Shown: positions 48,027 through 58,223 of the stretch, piece after piece | Position numbering within the stretch: position 1 is the stretch's first letter | Layout of the letters: every line of letters begins with the position of its first letter | NCBI GenBank assembly: GCA_964434195.1 | Contig: CAYSUI010000004.1 | Span: 4,245 to 68,244 of the forward strand | Source of the DNA: an uncultured Candidatus Saccharibacteria bacterium | GTDB taxonomy: Bacteria > Patescibacteriota > Doudnabacteria > UBA920 | Length of the DNA: 64,000 bases | Reading direction: 5' to 3' | Notes under the pieces: model-generated | Told to the model about the DNA's origin: nothing | What the model saw: the letters and a program-made list of their open reading frames with translations, nothing else | Database searches by the model: none | Position numbers and translations under genes: made by a program

Positions 48027-48854
48027 CTAGCTCCCGCCTGCTACCTTTAAAACATTTTTATACAACATAGCCACAGTCACAGGCCCAACCCCACCAGGTA
48101 CCGGGGAAACAAAACTGGCAACTTTAGAAACACTATCTGTATCTATGTCCCCGACTATTTGACCAGCAGACTCAGCTGTACCTGCATCTATTACTATAGC
48201 CCCCTGCTTTATCATCTCACCCGTAATAAATTTAGGCTTCCCTGTCCCACTAATAATAACGTCTGCTTCCTTTATTTTCTCATTCGGATTCTCAGAAGAA
48301 GTATCTAATACCGTATACGGAAGCCCTCTTAGCTCCAACAATCTAGCAACAGGCCTGCCTACTAACTGACCTTTTCCTATTACCAATATATTCTTTTTCT
48401 CTAACGCAACACCTGTACTGTTCAAAATTTCCATAACTGCTGCTGCAGTCGGCGGTGTCAAAATGAAATTATTATTAGAATAAAACAACTCACTACCCTG
48501 ACTACTCACAACATCAACATCTAAACCAATTGGCAAAGCGCTTAATACCAAACTCGTATCTATGCCTTTAGGTAATGGTAACTGAACAATTATCCCCGAT
48601 ACCTTGGCAAGATGAGACAATCTTTCTAATTCATTTATTATTTTATTAACATCCGAATCTGCTGGTAGCTTACTAACTATGAATTCTACGCCGATCCTCT
48701 GGGCAACTTTTTGCTTTACTCCTACGTACTGCATACTTACTGGATCTTCGCCGACTACTAAGTCTGCAAACACAGGTATAAAAGGGAGATTTTTTACCTT
48801 TTTGGTCAAGTCATTATATATAGCTTCTGCAATTTTTACCCCATCAATTAACAT
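48027..48854 (-). CDS. folD: Methylenetetrahydrofolate dehydrogenase/cyclohydrolase
   Basis: GIIVQLPLP, DVD, LVGRP, PVPGGVGPVTVAML. Confidence 0.95.
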   Translation of the reverse strand: MLIDGVKIAEAIYNDLTKKVKNLPFIPVFADLVVGEDPVSMQYVGVKQKVAQRIGVEFIVSKLPADSDVNKIINELERLSHLAKVSGIIVQLPLPKGIDTSLVLSALPIGLDVDVVSSQGSELFYSNNNFILTPPTAAAVMEILNSTGVALEKKNILVIGKGQLVGRPVARLLELRGLPYTVLDTSSENPNEKIKEADVIISGTGKPKFITGEMIKQGAIVIDAGTAESAGQIVGDIDTDSVSKVASFVSPVPGGVGPVTVAMLYKNVLKVAGGS

Positions 48855-48866
48855 AATAGTAGCTCT

Positions 48867-48938
48867 TAAAGTTAATAAAATTTGTAAAGTTCATAAAGTT
48901 AAACTCAAAAAAATACTTTCTACTTTATAAACTTCATA
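48867..48938. repeat. Nonamer tandem repeat with inverted partner
   Basis: TAAAGTTAA-TAAAATTTG-TAAAGTTCA-TAAAGTTAA followed by ACTTT-containing inverse units. Confidence 0.55.
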
Positions 48939-48942
48939 CACG

Positions 48943-50907
48943 CTACTTTCGGTAGCGGTGTTCTGCCCACCATGCCAATACCTTATTCGCAATCGGCACC
49001 GCAGCAGCATTACCTTCCCCACCTGCCTCTACTAATACAGTAACAACTATCTGAGGATTTTCATATGGCGCATAAGCAGTAAACCAAGCATGTGTTTTTT
49101 TAGGATCACTCCCATCAAACTGAGATGTTCCTGTTTTACCTGCACTGGTAATTGGGAGACTTAGTAATTGCCTACCAGAACCATAAAGAACTGTCTCTCT
49201 CATCCCCCCTTGCACTATAGCCAAATTTTTATCACTTCCCACTTTAGGAATAAGTACCTGCTCTTTACTCTCAAAAACCACTTTACCAGAGCCGTCCTTA
49301 ACCGAATTTAACAGTCTAGGCTTCATTCCGACTCCGTTATTTGCAATTGTAGCAGTCCAAGAAGCAACCTGCAGAGGAGTCACAAGCATATCACCCTGTC
49401 CTATACCTACGTGATATGTATCTCCTAAATACCACCTCGAAAGTATATTATCTCCTGCAAAATATTTTGCTTTCCAATCAGGATCAGCGACCACACCACT
49501 TTTCTCTCCTGGAATATCTATACCAGTAGGTTTACCTAAATAAAATTTTCTATACCATTTTGAAAGCTTCTCTATACCCAAAGGGGTTACAGGGGAACTT
49601 GGATGACCGCCTGTAACCACATAAAAGTAAATATCACTAGAGACAGCGATTGCTTTTGCAACATTTACAGGACCCAAACCATCTCTTTTCCAACCTACGA
49701 AGTCATAAGAAATAGCCGGATTATACTGGTTAGGAATCACCAATTTTCCATTATCGACTACAATCGTATTTTCTTTTACGCTTCCCTCCTCAAGTGCTGC
49801 TAGGCCAACCATAGGTTTTACAGTCGAACCTGGTGGATAAATACCTGCTACCACACGGTTAAACAATGGTAAATTTTTATCCTCTAACAAATTCCTATAA
49901 TCCTGATTAGAAATCCCTCTTGAGAATAAATTTGTGTTATATCCAGGTAAACTCAAAAATGCCAACACCTCACCATTTCTCGGATCCATTGCGACCACAG
50001 CTCCTTTAGTGCCAGCTATCCCTACTGAAAAATATTTATATATTTCATCCTGCAGGTCTTTATCTATATTTAGTACTAGAGTATTCCCAACCTTAGGCTC
50101 AACTTCACCTATCACTTTCATCAATTTACCAGTAGCATCTACTTCTATCTCTTGTCTACCATTTTGCCCCTTCAAAAATCTCTCATACTGACTCTCAATT
50201 CCGCTTTTACCTACAACATCAGAGAGCTCATACCCTTGCCCAAACTTTCCCAACTCACTCTCAGAAATTATACTTGTATAACCTAACAAATGAGAATATA
50301 TCTGCGGTTCTACGTAATCCCTAACAGGGACAGTTATTATGGTGATACCAGGAAAATTTGCAGCTTTTGTTTCAAAAAGAATTCTATCCTTTTCATCTAA
50401 ATTAGCTTTGATAAGTATTGGTTGAAAAGACTTTCTATTAGCATTTTGTATAGTTTTTGTAATCTCGGCACTATCCAATTTCAACGTTGAAGCAAGCGAT
50501 TCTATAGTCTGCGATAAACCTTCCTGTGGTAAGTCGAATGGAATCGCAACTAAATTAAAACTTGCTCCATTATAAGTGAGATTGCTACCATACCTATCAA
50601 CTATCAAGCCCCTTGGTGCAGGCAAGCTCAACTTGCGGGTTCTATTCCCTTCGGCACGATTCGAAAGAGATTCGCCTTTTACAACTTGTAAATAAGATAA
50701 CCTTGCGAATAATAAAACAAAACCCAAAACAATAACCGGTTTCAGCCATTTTATATCTAAAGCCGTATCCGCTTGTGAAGACTGTTCATCAACGTCACTA
50801 TTAGAATCCGCAATAGCCTCGTCCCACTCTAAACCCTTACCATGTTTAATTTCCGTACTTGGACGGTCGTCAAATGGATTATGTAGTTTTCTAACTTTTC
50901 TTATCAT
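48943..50907 (-). CDS. mrdA: Penicillin-binding protein 2
   Basis: APRGLIVDR, YPPGSTVK (SxxK), SSD, KTGT, HAWF. Confidence 0.95.
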   Translation of the reverse strand: MIRKVRKLHNPFDDRPSTEIKHGKGLEWDEAIADSNSDVDEQSSQADTALDIKWLKPVIVLGFVLLFARLSYLQVVKGESLSNRAEGNRTRKLSLPAPRGLIVDRYGSNLTYNGASFNLVAIPFDLPQEGLSQTIESLASTLKLDSAEITKTIQNANRKSFQPILIKANLDEKDRILFETKAANFPGITIITVPVRDYVEPQIYSHLLGYTSIISESELGKFGQGYELSDVVGKSGIESQYERFLKGQNGRQEIEVDATGKLMKVIGEVEPKVGNTLVLNIDKDLQDEIYKYFSVGIAGTKGAVVAMDPRNGEVLAFLSLPGYNTNLFSRGISNQDYRNLLEDKNLPLFNRVVAGIYPPGSTVKPMVGLAALEEGSVKENTIVVDNGKLVIPNQYNPAISYDFVGWKRDGLGPVNVAKAIAVSSDIYFYVVTGGHPSSPVTPLGIEKLSKWYRKFYLGKPTGIDIPGEKSGVVADPDWKAKYFAGDNILSRWYLGDTYHVGIGQGDMLVTPLQVASWTATIANNGVGMKPRLLNSVKDGSGKVVFESKEQVLIPKVGSDKNLAIVQGGMRETVLYGSGRQLLSLPITSAGKTGTSQFDGSDPKKTHAWFTAYAPYENPQIVVTVLVEAGGEGNAAAVPIANKVLAWWAEHRYRK

Positions 50908-50911
50908 AATT

Positions 50912-51436
50912 CTAAAGCAACCTTCTACTATGCCTCAGCTTAGTGATAATATTATTGACATTGTTCTCTAAAAAATATATTGGAAAAAGCAAGATTAAGT
51001 TACATATTAACCTAATAAAAATTTCTTTAAGTGTGGGAAATCCAAGCCCTATAGCCCCACCAATCTTTAACCAATAAAACACCTGATTATATAAGTATAC
51101 CCAAAAAGGCAAAACAATAGTAACCGAAGAAACTGACAGTAAAAGATAACCAATAGGATTTTGATTAAAAATTACCTTATCAAATATCAACCTAATTAAA
51201 AATACTAAAAGGATATATGCTAAAAGGTAAGTTCCTGGGAAGGCATTTACCGTAAAATCCATATAAACACCTGCTAAAACGGCGAAAAAATAATAACCCT
51301 CCTCATTATTAGTTACCAATACCAACAAAAACAATAAGAGTAAATCATGCATTCCAAAAAATGGTAAATAGGTAAACATACCAAAATTTAGACCTAACAA
51401 TACAATAATTACTAAAATGTATAAAAAATATCTCAA
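50912..51436 (-). CDS. mreD: Rod shape-determining protein MreD
   Basis: Very hydrophobic ORF between mreC and mrdA; AGVYMD motif. Confidence 0.75.
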   Translation of the reverse strand: MRYFLYILVIIVLLGLNFGMFTYLPFFGMHDLLLLFLLVLVTNNEEGYYFFAVLAGVYMDFTVNAFPGTYLLAYILLVFLIRLIFDKVIFNQNPIGYLLLSVSSVTIVLPFWVYLYNQVFYWLKIGGAIGLGFPTLKEIFIRLICNLILLFPIYFLENNVNNIITKLRHSRRLL

Positions 51437-51441
51437 TATTA

Positions 51442-52239
51442 TTACTTAACAATAAAAACATAATTAAGTGTTCTGAAAACTAATGGACTAATTACAGTAG
51501 TTTTTTTGAACAATTCATTATCTTGAGTAATCACTTTATCAACCTCGCCAATTACTAATCCTGCTGGAATCAAACTATTAACACCTGCCGTAACAACTAG
51601 ATCTCCTTTATTAAAATCACTTGTCTGAGAAAGTGACTCAAATACTAATCCTGAAGCAAAAGAACCTCTTACCAACCCTAGACTACCGCTTCTGGAAATT
51701 TTACCATCTATAGTACTGTTCGGATTTGTTACAAACTCTGCAGTACTAGTCTGATTACCAACATATATTAATCTCCCAGCTACATGAGAATTTGATAACA
51801 CAGCCATCCCCTGACTTAACCCCTTATTTTTACCACAGTTAATTACAAAAGTATTCGTTATACCTTGAGGATCATAAGACAATACCGTACATCTAATTAG
51901 CTCATATTTACTCGCTTTAGCAAAACCCAATTCAGATAACAATAGCTGATTCTCACTCCGGAGCTGATCAACAGACACAACCTGTTGCTCTAATTCCTTT
52001 ATCCTTTCACTCAATCTGACATTTTCGTTTGCTATTTCTTTTAATGCCGAGACAGTTGAAAAAAAATCCCTTATTGGACCGACTATCCCCCTTAACACGT
52101 ATGTGACAGGTTTTGGAGCCTCTAACATAATTCTTTTAATTGGATCAACAAAACCCTTTGTTTGAAGAAATACAAATACGGCAGATATTGTTAAAATTGC
52201 AAAAAATACCCCAAACGCTCTTGTATAAATAAATCTCAT
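51442..52239 (-). CDS. mreC: Rod shape-determining protein MreC
   Basis: ENxRL coiled coil, INCGKNKG, GDLVVTAG, PAGLVIGEV. Confidence 0.92.
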   Translation of the reverse strand: MRFIYTRAFGVFFAILTISAVFVFLQTKGFVDPIKRIMLEAPKPVTYVLRGIVGPIRDFFSTVSALKEIANENVRLSERIKELEQQVVSVDQLRSENQLLLSELGFAKASKYELIRCTVLSYDPQGITNTFVINCGKNKGLSQGMAVLSNSHVAGRLIYVGNQTSTAEFVTNPNSTIDGKISRSGSLGLVRGSFASGLVFESLSQTSDFNKGDLVVTAGVNSLIPAGLVIGEVDKVITQDNELFKKTTVISPLVFRTLNYVFIVK

Positions 52240-52243
52240 AATT

Positions 52244-53299
52244 TTATTGCCTCAAACTCTTATCAAATTGCGTTGGAAGCAATACATCTTTCAGAGCCTC
52301 TAAGTCCTCTACTACCACACCCGTACCCCTAACCACACAAGTCAAAGGGTCATCAGCAACAGTGACCGGAATTTGCGTTGCTTCAGAAATAAGTCTATCC
52401 AACCCACGAAGACCCGCACCCCCTCCAGCCAAAACGATACCTTTGTGCATAATGTCGGAAATAATTTCTGGAGGGATCTCCTCTACCACATCTTTGATTG
52501 TATTAACAATCATTTTAACAGATGGAGCCAAACTCTCCCTGACATCCGCATCACTTACCTGTAATTCCTTAGGCAAGCCAGACACCAAATCCCTCCCTCG
52601 CATATTTACAAAAATAGTTTCAGGAATCGGATAAGCACTCCCAGCTTTTATTTTCATCTCCTCTGCTGTTCTCTCGCCAATAACTAAACCCATACGCTCT
52701 CTAGCGTACTGTATAATATTTTCATTCATCTTATCGCCTGCGACCCTTAGACTTCTAGCTATCACCACGCCACCCAAACTAATAACCGCTATCTCAGTCG
52801 TCCCACCACCAATATCTACTATCATCGAACCTTGCGCATCCTGCACCGGAAGCCTAGCCCCAATTGCAGCAGCCATTGGCTCTTCTATCAAATAAGCCTG
52901 ACGTGCACCTGCATTTTGAGCAGCATCTTGAACTGCCCTTTTTTCTACCTCTGTTACACCTGATGGAATGCCTATTACTACCCTAGGTCTTCTTAAAAAA
53001 GTATAAGTTTTATTATGCACCTTATCTATAAAATACCTAAGCATTTGTTCTGTTATTTCAAAATCAGAAATAACCCCATCTACTAGAGGTCTCGTAGCAA
53101 CTATATGCGTTGGGGTTCTACCTACCATTCTCTGTGCCTCGCTACCTATAGCTACTATCTGTTTTGTTCTCTGATTAATAGCTACAACCGAAGGCTCATT
53201 GATAACAATACCCTTGCCTTTTACATAGACAAGAGTATTTGCAGTACCAAGATCTATACCTATATCCTTCGAAAATTGTTTAAACAAAAACTCAAACAC
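52244..53299 (-). CDS. mreB: Rod shape-determining protein MreB
   Basis: DIGIDLGTANTL, IEEPMAAAIGA, DIGGGTTE, LAGGGA; start set at GTG (VFEFLF). Confidence 0.97.
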   Translation of the reverse strand: MFEFLFKQFSKDIGIDLGTANTLVYVKGKGIVINEPSVVAINQRTKQIVAIGSEAQRMVGRTPTHIVATRPLVDGVISDFEITEQMLRYFIDKVHNKTYTFLRRPRVVIGIPSGVTEVEKRAVQDAAQNAGARQAYLIEEPMAAAIGARLPVQDAQGSMIVDIGGGTTEIAVISLGGVVIARSLRVAGDKMNENIIQYARERMGLVIGERTAEEMKIKAGSAYPIPETIFVNMRGRDLVSGLPKELQVSDADVRESLAPSVKMIVNTIKDVVEEIPPEIISDIMHKGIVLAGGGAGLRGLDRLISEATQIPVTVADDPLTCVVRGTGVVVEDLEALKDVLLPTQFDKSLRQ

Positions 53300-53309
53300 G
53301 ATTGTAAAT

Positions 53310-53420
53310 TTAAAAGTCAAAAATCAAAAGTCAAAATTGTAATTCAAAATTCAAAAGTAAATACCAAATTTTGAGTTTTTACTTTAAATTTTGAATTTTT
53401 ATTTTTGAATTTTGAATTAC
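53310..53420. repeat. Inverted heptamer tandem-repeat hairpin (TCAAAAN units)
   Basis: About six CAAAAGT/CAAAATT units followed by about six inverse units; includes the 18-bp perfect IR GTAATTCAAAATTCAAAA/TTTTGAATTTTGAATTAC. Confidence 0.75.
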
Positions 53421-55124
53421 CTAACTGTTCCTGAAATAACTGACGAGCGTACTCAAAGGTTCCAATACGCCATCTTTCTCATCTCGTCTCTTAATTTCCA
53501 CACTATCCTTCTCAAGACTTCTATTTGAAACAACTACCCTATAGGGAATACCAACCAAATCGCTGTCAGCAAATTTTTCTCCTGCTGTCACCCCCTCCCG
53601 ATCGTCATACAAAACTTCTACCCCTGCCTCAAGCAAATCTCTATATATCGCATCAGCCTTATCCTTTACACCCTCACCTTTACCTGAAACATAAACCAAA
53701 TGAACCCTAAATGGGGCGATACTTTCAGGCCACACAATCCCCTTTTCATCGTTATGCATTTCGACAACAGCAGCCATAGTTCTCCCAATTCCAATACCAT
53801 AACAACCCATATAATAAGGTTTTTCCTCGCCATCTATATCTGTAAAAACAGCACCCTTCATTAAGTTCGAATAATGATACCCCAATTGAAATATATTACC
53901 GACTTCTATACCCTTCTTTTCTTCATATACACCCCCATCCTCTGAGCTAGCACCTGGGTAAGCCATCGCCACATCGGCAACCATGTCGCAAGTAAAATCT
54001 CTACCATAATTTACATTTATCGTATCTGTAGTTTCTGTTTTTTGACCTCCAATCAAATTTCTTGCTTCTAATAAAACAATATCAGCTACTGTAAATACAT
54101 TTGGATAACCCCATGAATGCACATAACCAGATTTGGTTCCCAATTTTTCTAAATCCTCGTCTGTAGCATCCTCTAACTGCCCTACCGCTTTTAAAACTTG
54201 TTCTAATTTGGTTTTATTTACCTCCAAATCTCCGGTAAGAGTTACTACCACAATTTGACCACTTTTACTATTTTTATAAACGACGTTCTTTAAAAAATGA
54301 TTCTTAGTCTTTCGGTAATGCTTTTCATTTTCTTCCATATTCCTTACCCAGTCAGGTTGCTCAATAACTTCTATTGGTAATAAATCCTGACTTTTATTAG
54401 CAGGATTCCTAACAAATGTTGCCACATCCTCATGCGCTGCAGTACCTTTTTCAGTTACAAAATACCTACTCTCACCACTGTCTGACTCTACAATAAACTC
54501 ATGACAATATTCGCCACCAATATATCCATTATCAGCCAACACAGTGTCTGTTTTAAGCCCTAATCTGTGAAAAATCCTCGAATAGACTTCTTTCATTTTT
54601 TCATACTCTTCACCAAAATCCTCTTCACCTCTATGAAAAGAATACCCATCTTTCATAATAAATTCTCTCACCCGAAGTAACCCACCTCGTGCCCTTAATT
54701 CATCTCTAAATTTAGGTGAAAATTGGTATATATGAAAAGGTAAATCCTTATAACTCATTGTAAATTTTCTGACCAGATCCACAAACATCTCCTCAGCCGT
54801 TCCCCCTAAAGCGAATTTCCCGCCTCTTCTATCTTCCACTTGCATAAGCTCGAAGCCTGTAGTGTTTGTTCTATTAGTTTCCTTCCACAGTTCCAATGGA
54901 TGCAAAATAGGTGAAAGCATTTCTTGTGCACCACTTTTATCCATCTCTTCTTTTACAATGCCCATTATTTTCTCTAAGACCCTCATACCTATAGGCAAAT
55001 AATAATACCTCCCAGCTACAGATTCACGAATAAAACCAGCTTGTTTTAGCAAACGAGCTGAAATAATTGTGTCTTCCGCCGAAAAAGTTTTACTTGTTTT
55101 TAAAAAATATCTACTCTGTCTCAT
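53421..55124 (-). CDS. proS: Proline--tRNA ligase (bacterial type with INS editing domain)
   Basis: KFRDELRARGGLLRVREFIMKDGYSF, IEVGNIFQLG, MGCYGIGIGR. Confidence 0.97.
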   Translation of the reverse strand: MRQSRYFLKTSKTFSAEDTIISARLLKQAGFIRESVAGRYYYLPIGMRVLEKIMGIVKEEMDKSGAQEMLSPILHPLELWKETNRTNTTGFELMQVEDRRGGKFALGGTAEEMFVDLVRKFTMSYKDLPFHIYQFSPKFRDELRARGGLLRVREFIMKDGYSFHRGEEDFGEEYEKMKEVYSRIFHRLGLKTDTVLADNGYIGGEYCHEFIVESDSGESRYFVTEKGTAAHEDVATFVRNPANKSQDLLPIEVIEQPDWVRNMEENEKHYRKTKNHFLKNVVYKNSKSGQIVVVTLTGDLEVNKTKLEQVLKAVGQLEDATDEDLEKLGTKSGYVHSWGYPNVFTVADIVLLEARNLIGGQKTETTDTINVNYGRDFTCDMVADVAMAYPGASSEDGGVYEEKKGIEVGNIFQLGYHYSNLMKGAVFTDIDGEEKPYYMGCYGIGIGRTMAAVVEMHNDEKGIVWPESIAPFRVHLVYVSGKGEGVKDKADAIYRDLLEAGVEVLYDDREGVTAGEKFADSDLVGIPYRVVVSNRSLEKDSVEIKRRDEKDGVLEPLSTLVSYFRNS

Positions 55125-55249
55125 AAAATTGTATTTGTTCTTTTGCAGTTATTTTATAGCTTTTCCGAATCTGGCTCTGCCATGTTCGGAAAAAACGACG
55201 GAAAGGAGAAGCCATGAAGAGGAAAACCGTGTTTTCCTTTTCATAGTTT

Positions 55250-56371
55250 TTAAAAGAATCCCTTAATGTCTTTAATTGTTACTACTAACATCAAAAGAAG
55301 TAGTAATGAAAAACCAATCACATTCGCGTACTGTTCCATTTTCTGATTATTTTTTTTACCTCTAACTTTTTCAATAAGCAGAAATAAAACCCTACCACCA
55401 TCAAGCGCCGGAAAAGGAAAACTGTTCAACACACCTAAGTTTAAAGATAAAAATGCGGTAAATTGCAACAAATATATAACTCCTAGCCCTGCAACTTCTC
55501 CTGTTAACTGAGCAATCTTTACTGGTCCCCCTACACTAGACAAACCATGCCCACTAGTTATCAAATCATATAAACCATAAAATATGTTTCTAATTTGAAT
55601 CCCTGTAGTAGTGACTCCTTCATAAAATGCATACGGAAATGGATATTTTAACTTACCAACAGAAACCATACTTATACCCACCGACCCCTGTCCTTCAACA
55701 GGTTTTTCAATAGACTTTACTGATATACCTTCTTTTTTACCGCCCCTATTAATTTCAAAGCTAAATTCTTTCCCTCTATTTTTTCTTATATACTCTTGGA
55801 CATCTTCAACAACTGTAAAGGGTTTACCATCAATACTTACAATTACATCATTCGGCTTTAAGCCAGCTTTAAAGGCTGGAGAATCAGGATCCACCTCAAG
55901 AATATTAGTTTTAACGTCACTCAATTTAGCATACTTAGGTATTTTTACTGTTTCATCTATCCCAACCGGCAAACCAACCATATATCCAATAGAAATCAAA
56001 ACCCAAGCCAATATAAAATTCATTGCGACACCCGCAAGCAAGGTAACAAGTCGCGGCATAAAAGCTTTGCTTGTAAAACTCCCTGGAATTTCAGCAGCAT
56101 CATTATTCTCACCCAATATCTTAACGAATCCACCTAAGGGAATCAGGTTAAAAGAATATACCACAGCATCCTTATTAACCTCCTTAGGGTGACCAAATAA
56201 AAATTTAAATTTTCCATCAATCCTCTGAACGCCAAAAAGCCTAGGAGGAAAACCGAAGCCAAACTCTTCAACTTTCATTCCACTTTTTTTTGCAGCTATA
56301 AAATGGCCAAACTCATGCACCAGCACAAGGATAGCCAAAATAACAATAAACAATAAAGCCGTAGACAGCAT
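55250..56371 (-). CDS. rseP: Intramembrane metalloprotease RseP (M50 + PDZ)
   Basis: HEFGH, IPLGGFV, SPAFKAGL PDZ, NSFPFPALDGG. Confidence 0.95.
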   Translation of the reverse strand: MLSTALLFIVILAILVLVHEFGHFIAAKKSGMKVEEFGFGFPPRLFGVQRIDGKFKFLFGHPKEVNKDAVVYSFNLIPLGGFVKILGENNDAAEIPGSFTSKAFMPRLVTLLAGVAMNFILAWVLISIGYMVGLPVGIDETVKIPKYAKLSDVKTNILEVDPDSPAFKAGLKPNDVIVSIDGKPFTVVEDVQEYIRKNRGKEFSFEINRGGKKEGISVKSIEKPVEGQGSVGISMVSVGKLKYPFPYAFYEGVTTTGIQIRNIFYGLYDLITSGHGLSSVGGPVKIAQLTGEVAGLGVIYLLQFTAFLSLNLGVLNSFPFPALDGGRVLFLLIEKVRGKKNNQKMEQYANVIGFSLLLLLMLVVTIKDIKGFF

Positions 56372-56377
56372 ACTTTT

Positions 56378-56935
56378 TTATACAGTTAATAAATCTTTTT
56401 CTTTCTCAGTAGATATTTGCTTAATTAATTCATTTTGCTTATCTACAACGTCTTGTAATTTCTTTTGAGCATGAGAGAAATCATCTTCAGAAATTTCCGC
56501 ATTTTCCTTAGCCTTCTTCAAGGCTTTCAATATCTCTTCTCTAACCTGTCTTATCCCAATCCTAGCCTGTTCAGTCATCTGTCCTAAAACTTTAACCATT
56601 TCTTTACGACGCTCTTCGGTTAAAGCAGGTACTGTTATTCTAATAACATTCCCATCATTAGAAGGATTGAGCCCTAAATTCGCCTGCTGTATACCCTTCT
56701 CTATAGCCTGCATACTCCCTTTGTCCCACGGACTAATCGTTAGAGTCTTGGCATCACTTACCGTAACACTTGCCACATGGTCCAATGGCATTTCACTACC
56801 ATAAACCTCGACTTTGACCGTTCCAAGCAACCCAGTCGAAGCCCTCCCGGTCCTAAGCCCATTAATTTCATGTTCAAAATGCCCCAAAACCTTCTCAAAC
56901 TCCTCTTTCTTCGAATTTATTATTGTATCAATCAT
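56378..56935 (-). CDS. frr: Ribosome recycling factor
   Basis: LRTGRAS, ISPWDK, PALTEERRKE. Confidence 0.97.
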   Translation of the reverse strand: MIDTIINSKKEEFEKVLGHFEHEINGLRTGRASTGLLGTVKVEVYGSEMPLDHVASVTVSDAKTLTISPWDKGSMQAIEKGIQQANLGLNPSNDGNVIRITVPALTEERRKEMVKVLGQMTEQARIGIRQVREEILKALKKAKENAEISEDDFSHAQKKLQDVVDKQNELIKQISTEKEKDLLTV

Positions 56936-56960
56936 TATTATCTTTTTAAATTTTCAAATT

Positions 56961-57135
56961 CTAGCGAGCGAAGCAATGCTAGTTCGTAATCAAAAGCAAC
57001 TCGTTGTTTTTGAGAGGGACAACATGGCAGTCGTAGTGGAAGGTTTATGGAGCCCCAAGCGAATAAACCTGTAACGAGGAATGCCATGATTGGCCCGAAG
57101 TGACAGGACCCCGTAGCATGCCGATAGGCATATGA
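56961..57135. other. GC-rich structured intergenic element upstream of frr
   Basis: Stems CTAGC/GCTAG, TCAAAAGCAAC/GTTGTTTTTGA, CATGGCA/TGCCATG enclosing AGGTTTAT/ATAAACCT, and ATGCC/GGCAT. Confidence 0.5.
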
Positions 57136-57147
57136 CACCCAAACAAA

Positions 57148-58218
57148 CTATTCAGTAAATATCCCCGCATATACTATCTGCGGTAATTCTCTATCTACTA
57201 AAATATAGTTAATAAACCCTGAAGTAACAATACCCTGGGTCTGAAAAGATACCCCACCATCCAAAGTCTTATAAATTGTACTCCCTGCGCTTAAATAAAC
57301 TATTTTAGGGTTAGAATGAGCGAAAGCTACTGCCCTAAATTGGATATCCCCTCTTTGTATAGGAACGTTCAATTTAACCCAAGTTTTTCCACCAGTAATC
57401 GTTTTAAATACACCTTTATCCGTGGTTACATACATTTCCGCTGGATCACTGTCATTAACAGCAAACTGACTAAATATAGAAGCCCCATCTGTGGAGTTTA
57501 AATATAACCCAGAAGCATCCCCACTTTTATGAAGTATCGGTGCTGTTAATTCAGTAAAGTTTACTCCTCCGTCTGTAGAGACAAACACACCTTTAGTTCT
57601 CAAAACCACAAACATTGCTCCATTCGACCAGCTAATTCTATTAATCCTATCTTCAAAATTCCTTACCAGTACCCAATTTCTACCTCCATCAAAACTCTTT
57701 ACCAAGTTACCGGACGAAAGACCAATTGTAATTTCGCTTACATTTGAGGGATTTATCGTTACCGCACGAACAGCATTATTGGGAGCTTCCTCACTATACA
57801 TTTCTTCCCATGTCTTACCAGAATCCAAACTTCTTAAAAGCTTACCGTGATCTACCCCGAAACCTGCCGCGTATATAATTTGTTCATCTGTGGGACTAAC
57901 TGCAACGTCATACACCGCTATACGCCCAAGCACCTGCTTCCATGAACCTGCCGAATCCTCAGATTTATATAAACCACCTGTATAACTTCCTGCATATATA
58001 ACCTCGCGTTTATTATTTGCAAAAGTTAACACGGAAAAGGAATAGTCAGATAAAGTAGCCTTTTCATTACCAGAAATTACGTTTGTTGCTGACCAATCTG
58101 CCCCACCATTCGAGGTTCGGATTAATCCCGCCGGTCTCGTACTAACAAAAGGATTACACCCTGCAGCCAAAGTCGTAAGTAATCCCAAGGTTATTAAATT
58201 TTTCCAATTAAATTTCAT
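57148..58218 (-). CDS. BNR/Asp-box beta-propeller lipoprotein (YCF48/VPS10-like)
   Basis: Lipobox LAAGC; repeated S/T-x-D-G-G-x-x-W/F Asp-boxes. Confidence 0.85.
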   Translation of the reverse strand: MKFNWKNLITLGLLTTLAAGCNPFVSTRPAGLIRTSNGGADWSATNVISGNEKATLSDYSFSVLTFANNKREVIYAGSYTGGLYKSEDSAGSWKQVLGRIAVYDVAVSPTDEQIIYAAGFGVDHGKLLRSLDSGKTWEEMYSEEAPNNAVRAVTINPSNVSEITIGLSSGNLVKSFDGGRNWVLVRNFEDRINRISWSNGAMFVVLRTKGVFVSTDGGVNFTELTAPILHKSGDASGLYLNSTDGASIFSQFAVNDSDPAEMYVTTDKGVFKTITGGKTWVKLNVPIQRGDIQFRAVAFAHSNPKIVYLSAGSTIYKTLDGGVSFQTQGIVTSGFINYILVDRELPQIVYAGIFTE

Positions 58219-58223
58219 AATTT

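Noticed and set aside
53310-53420. CRISPR array
   Set aside because: Units are 7 bp with no unique spacers and there are no cas genes; the same applies to 31401-31468 and 48867-48938.
56777-57138. ORFs 56777-56989, 56814-57074 and 56938-57138
   Set aside because: They overlap frr or the structured spacer and show no coding features.
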